Positions 60,928-64,000 of a stretch of DNA of 64,000 nt are shown here, piece after piece (the stretch's first letter is position 1; each line of letters starts with the position of its first letter). The position numbers and the translations under genes are program-made. Below the pieces are notes generated by a model, which did no database searches, was not told the DNA's origin, and saw only the letters and a list, made by a program, of their open reading frames with translations. The stretch comes from an uncultured Acidobacteriota bacterium (GTDB lineage: Bacteria; Acidobacteriota; JAQAZP01), in contig CAWIIB010000009.1 of NCBI GenBank assembly GCA_963836075.1, forward strand, positions 1,568,001 through 1,632,000, read 5' to 3'.

Positions 60928-62167
60928 TTTTTTCAGCGTCGATCCAGTCACCGAGGAGAGCCGGGTCGATCCGCTGCACCTCGAGCAGGGTGGCGATGAG
61001 TGACTGGTCGGCGGCGGCCCGGGAAGAGTTGTAGAACTCCCAGACCATTTCCCCGGTGGGGGTGACCTCGAAGGCCCGGCCGTTCACCGAATCGGTGATC
61101 AGGGTGTTGCCGTTGGGCAGCCGTGAGTTCGAGCCGAGCACCGGGGAGTCAAAGCCGTTTTCCTCGTTCCCCTCGAACGACCAGTGGGTCTCCCCGGTGA
61201 GCGGGTCGATCTCGACAACCTTTGATCCGTCCGGATGGCCGCAGTTGTCGAAGAGCAGCATCCGGCCGTTGTCCAGCAGGGTGGGCTGGTGCTGCTCGCG
61301 CCAGTCGCCGGTTCTGGCCCAGACTACCTGTCCCAGCTCGAGATCGACGATGGCGATGGCGTCGAGGTTGCGCATGGAGACCAGCACCTTCCCCCTGCCA
61401 AAAAGGGGGGAGCGGTGGGCCTGGGAGCCGTCGAAGACCTCGATGGTGTTGGTGTGCAGCAGATGGCTGGAGCGGGGCATCGGTTCGAGATAGTCACGGT
61501 AGGGGGAGTTTTCGAAGGCCACCAGCAGCGATTGCCGGCGCAGCTGCTTGCCCTCCGCGTCAAAGACGGTGATGAAATCCTCCCGGACCTGCTTTTTTGC
61601 GTGAATTCGGCGCAGAATCCCCTTGCGCCAGGTGAGGGTGTAGATCAACCCCTCTTCGGTGACGAAGAGGTCGTGGTGCACCGGAGTGGGCGTGGCCCAG
61701 ATCAGCCGGGAGTCCTTGTCCAGCTTGAGCAGGCCGTACCCGGTGACCACGGCCAGCAGGTCACCGTTGGGGAAGAGGTGCACCCGGCGCCAGAAGAGCG
61801 CTTTTTCGTCTTTCGCCGGTTTTCGCGAGCCGGACTCCAGCGGTATGGTTTTGAAATCGTAGCTCCAGTTGTGGAGGATTTGCCCTTCCATGTCGGTGAG
61901 AAATGCCGACTGGCCGTGGCCGCCGTTGCAGAGATTCAGCCCGGGCCACGTTTTTTCCGGGAGGTGGCGGGTGACGTTTTCTTTCTCCGTGGCCGGCTTG
62001 TACCCGGTGAGGTAGCCGAGGGCGTTCAGTTGCCTGTTTCTCCTCTCATCCGCCGGCGGTGTTTTCTCCGGTACGCTTTCCACACTGTTGCAAGCCCAGA
62101 GCCAGACCGGGGCGGCGAGGAGAGTGAGCAGCAGAATGCGCAGGATCGGGGATGCTGGGAGAGTCAT
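60923..62167 (-). CDS. Arylsulfotransferase (ASST)-like beta-propeller lipoprotein
   Basis: Lipobox-like LWAC, HHD, HTNT, QHQP, LFDN, RLPNGNTLI. Confidence 0.8.
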   Translation of the reverse strand: MTLPASPILRILLLTLLAAPVWLWACNSVESVPEKTPPADERRNRQLNALGYLTGYKPATEKENVTRHLPEKTWPGLNLCNGGHGQSAFLTDMEGQILHNWSYDFKTIPLESGSRKPAKDEKALFWRRVHLFPNGDLLAVVTGYGLLKLDKDSRLIWATPTPVHHDLFVTEEGLIYTLTWRKGILRRIHAKKQVREDFITVFDAEGKQLRRQSLLVAFENSPYRDYLEPMPRSSHLLHTNTIEVFDGSQAHRSPLFGRGKVLVSMRNLDAIAIVDLELGQVVWARTGDWREQHQPTLLDNGRMLLFDNCGHPDGSKVVEIDPLTGETHWSFEGNEENGFDSPVLGSNSRLPNGNTLITDSVNGRAFEVTPTGEMVWEFYNSSRAAADQSLIATLLEVQRIDPALLGDWIDAEKR

Positions 62168-62387
62168 GGGGTATCCTCGTCATGTCCGGCCGGTCGGATG
62201 CCTGTCAAACGCCCCGTAATCTAGTGCGTTACATCGCCGGTTGCAAGCAGGGCCGGTTTTTCATTCGGACAAATGACCGCTGGAATTTTCCGAACAAAGG
62301 ACCTACTATACATAGTAAGTGCCAAGGTGCCCGCGGCCGCCCAACAGTTTTTCTCACGGTTTACATATCGGCAAGAGGAGAAGCCCC

Positions 62388-63938
62388 ATGCGCCAGTGCT
62401 GCCTGATTTTCTTCCTCGCCCTCTTCCTGGTTCCCGCCGCCCAGGCCGTGGTGATTTACGTTCCCGCGGAACAGCCCACCATCCAGGCCGGCATCGACGC
62501 CGCCCATGACGGTGACATCATCAACGTGGTGGACGGGGTTTACTTCGGGCCGGGAAACGTGGACCTCGATTTCCAGGGCAAGGCGATTACCGTCCGGTCG
62601 GGCAACGGGCCGGATTATTGTGTCATCGAGCCGCAGTATGCCGGTCGGGCGGTCCGTTTTCGTAACGGCGAAGGCCGGGATTCTGTGCTCCAGGGGTTCA
62701 CCATCCGCCAGGGGATCACCAGCGGTGAGGGTGCGGCGGTGCTCGTGGATTCGGGCTGTTCTCCCACCATCGCCGGCAATGTGTTCAGTGACAACATCAG
62801 TTTTGGCCGGGGAGGAGCCGTCCACTGCCGTTACGGGTCCGAGCCGCTGATCACCGGCAACACCTTTCTGGGGAACCAGGCGGTGAACGGGGGTGCAATC
62901 TCAGCGTTCAACTGCGAACCGGTCATCACCGCCAACCGGTTCCAGAACAACCATGCGCGCGGTGACGGCGGGGGCGTCCACCTCGATCTCTCCCGGGCTG
63001 AGCTGGTGAACAACCTCTTCTACCTCAACAGCGCCGACCGTGACGGCGGTGGGCTTTTCTGTATTGACGGCCGGATGACCGTGCGCTGTGCAACCATTGA
63101 TCACAATACGGCCGGCACTTCCGGCGGCGGCATCCGCGGAGTGCACAGCGTGGTGGAGGTGCACGACACGATCCTGTCCAATGACGACGCTCCCCTGGGC
63201 CGGGAAATCTGCAGCGGTGACGACGGTCTCCCCTCCCACCTGGCCATCAGCTTCAGCTGCGTCAGGGGCGGCTATTCGATGGTGGATGTGGCTGCGGGGA
63301 GCACCCTGACCTATGGGGACGGTGTGATCTTTGATTGGCCGCACTATGTCTATGGAGTTTACGGCAGACACTACCTGTCCAACACCCTTGCCGGCCAGAC
63401 CTCGACCAGCGCCTGCGTGGACGCGGGGAGCGGCGCTTCGGTGGACGTGACGTACCCGGGTGCCGGCGGCATGGTGGGGATGAACCAGACGATTACCCGG
63501 AGCGACGAGTGGCCTGACGACGGCCAGCTGGACATGGGGTTCCACTACCAGCCGTACCGCCGTCTCTGGCGTACCGTGGAGGCCGCCATCGCCTGCATCC
63601 CGGACAGCGGCACCCTGCCCCTGCCGCTGCAGTTCTGGGTCAGTCTGCGCAACATCTCACCGGTGGTCGGCCTGCGCCAGTTCGCGGTGCGGGTCAACCT
63701 GGTGATGCCGGACGGCCGGGTGACCCGGCAGTGGAAGGCGGGGTACACCAATGTGGCCGAAGAGGGGTTCTTCGACGTGTGGCAGCAGATCATCCCGGTC
63801 TCCGGAGGCATGGTGGGTGACATCAAATTCATCATGGTGGCCGAGGACGTGACCTCGCCGCCATACAACCTGCCGCCCTACCCCCCGGCGGGCAGCACCG
63901 ACACTTCGACCTTCACCGTCACCACGTTCGCGCCCTGA
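62388..63938 (+). CDS. Secreted right-handed beta-helix protein with a C-terminal Ig-like domain
   Basis: Signal peptide, VPAEQPTIQAGIDAA, GGAI/FxxN repeats, DMGFHY, C-terminal EDVTSPPYNLPPYPPAG. Confidence 0.85.
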   Translation: MRQCCLIFFLALFLVPAAQAVVIYVPAEQPTIQAGIDAAHDGDIINVVDGVYFGPGNVDLDFQGKAITVRSGNGPDYCVIEPQYAGRAVRFRNGEGRDSVLQGFTIRQGITSGEGAAVLVDSGCSPTIAGNVFSDNISFGRGGAVHCRYGSEPLITGNTFLGNQAVNGGAISAFNCEPVITANRFQNNHARGDGGGVHLDLSRAELVNNLFYLNSADRDGGGLFCIDGRMTVRCATIDHNTAGTSGGGIRGVHSVVEVHDTILSNDDAPLGREICSGDDGLPSHLAISFSCVRGGYSMVDVAAGSTLTYGDGVIFDWPHYVYGVYGRHYLSNTLAGQTSTSACVDAGSGASVDVTYPGAGGMVGMNQTITRSDEWPDDGQLDMGFHYQPYRRLWRTVEAAIACIPDSGTLPLPLQFWVSLRNISPVVGLRQFAVRVNLVMPDGRVTRQWKAGYTNVAEEGFFDVWQQIIPVSGGMVGDIKFIMVAEDVTSPPYNLPPYPPAGSTDTSTFTVTTFAP

Positions 63939-63943
63939 CGAAC

Positions 63944-63986
63944 AAAACCCCGGGGAGGCGGCTCACTGTGCCGCCCCCGCCGGGGT
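63944..63986. terminator. GC-rich hairpin after the last gene
   Basis: ACCCCGG-GGAGGCGGC...GCCGCCCCC-G-CCGGGGT with a left A tract. Confidence 0.55.
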
Positions 63987-64000
63987 GGTTGATCATTTTC

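Overview
High-GC chromosomal window from a diderm bacterium (LpxC, TolC, MltF present). The gene styles suggest an uncultured Acidobacteriota-like lineage, which is inference only. I found no rRNA, tRNA, CRISPR array or transposase. Left to right: an FG-GAP repeat secreted protein (truncated by the window edge); a TetR-TolC-MFP-RND efflux operon with a triple operator; surface-glycan locus 1 (deacetylase, GT-C, GT2, methyltransferase, SGNH, sulfotransferase, GT39-like) around a large secreted CBM-type protein; an Sfp-type PPTase; an ECF sigma factor with an anti-sigma/vWA (YfbK-like) partner; a six-hairpin glycosidase; two sigma54-preceded secreted orphan genes; a receiver-domain-LpxC fusion; prolyl oligopeptidase; an amino-sugar salvage set (nucleotidyltransferase, NahK-like kinase, GH20, SSS transporter, GH36-like, MltF); a hybrid kinase; surface-glycan locus 2 (GT-C paralogue, GT2s, Wzx, GT-C); a lipoprotein Rid; a LeuB-like / fused LeuCD-like operon with a decayed second large-subunit gene; an arylsulfotransferase-like lipoprotein; and a beta-helix secreted protein. 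About ten single-base frameshifts, mostly in short C/G runs, split otherwise intact genes and look like long-read indel errors. The most notable item is the REC-LpxC fusion, which could place the committed step of lipid A synthesis under phosphorylation control.
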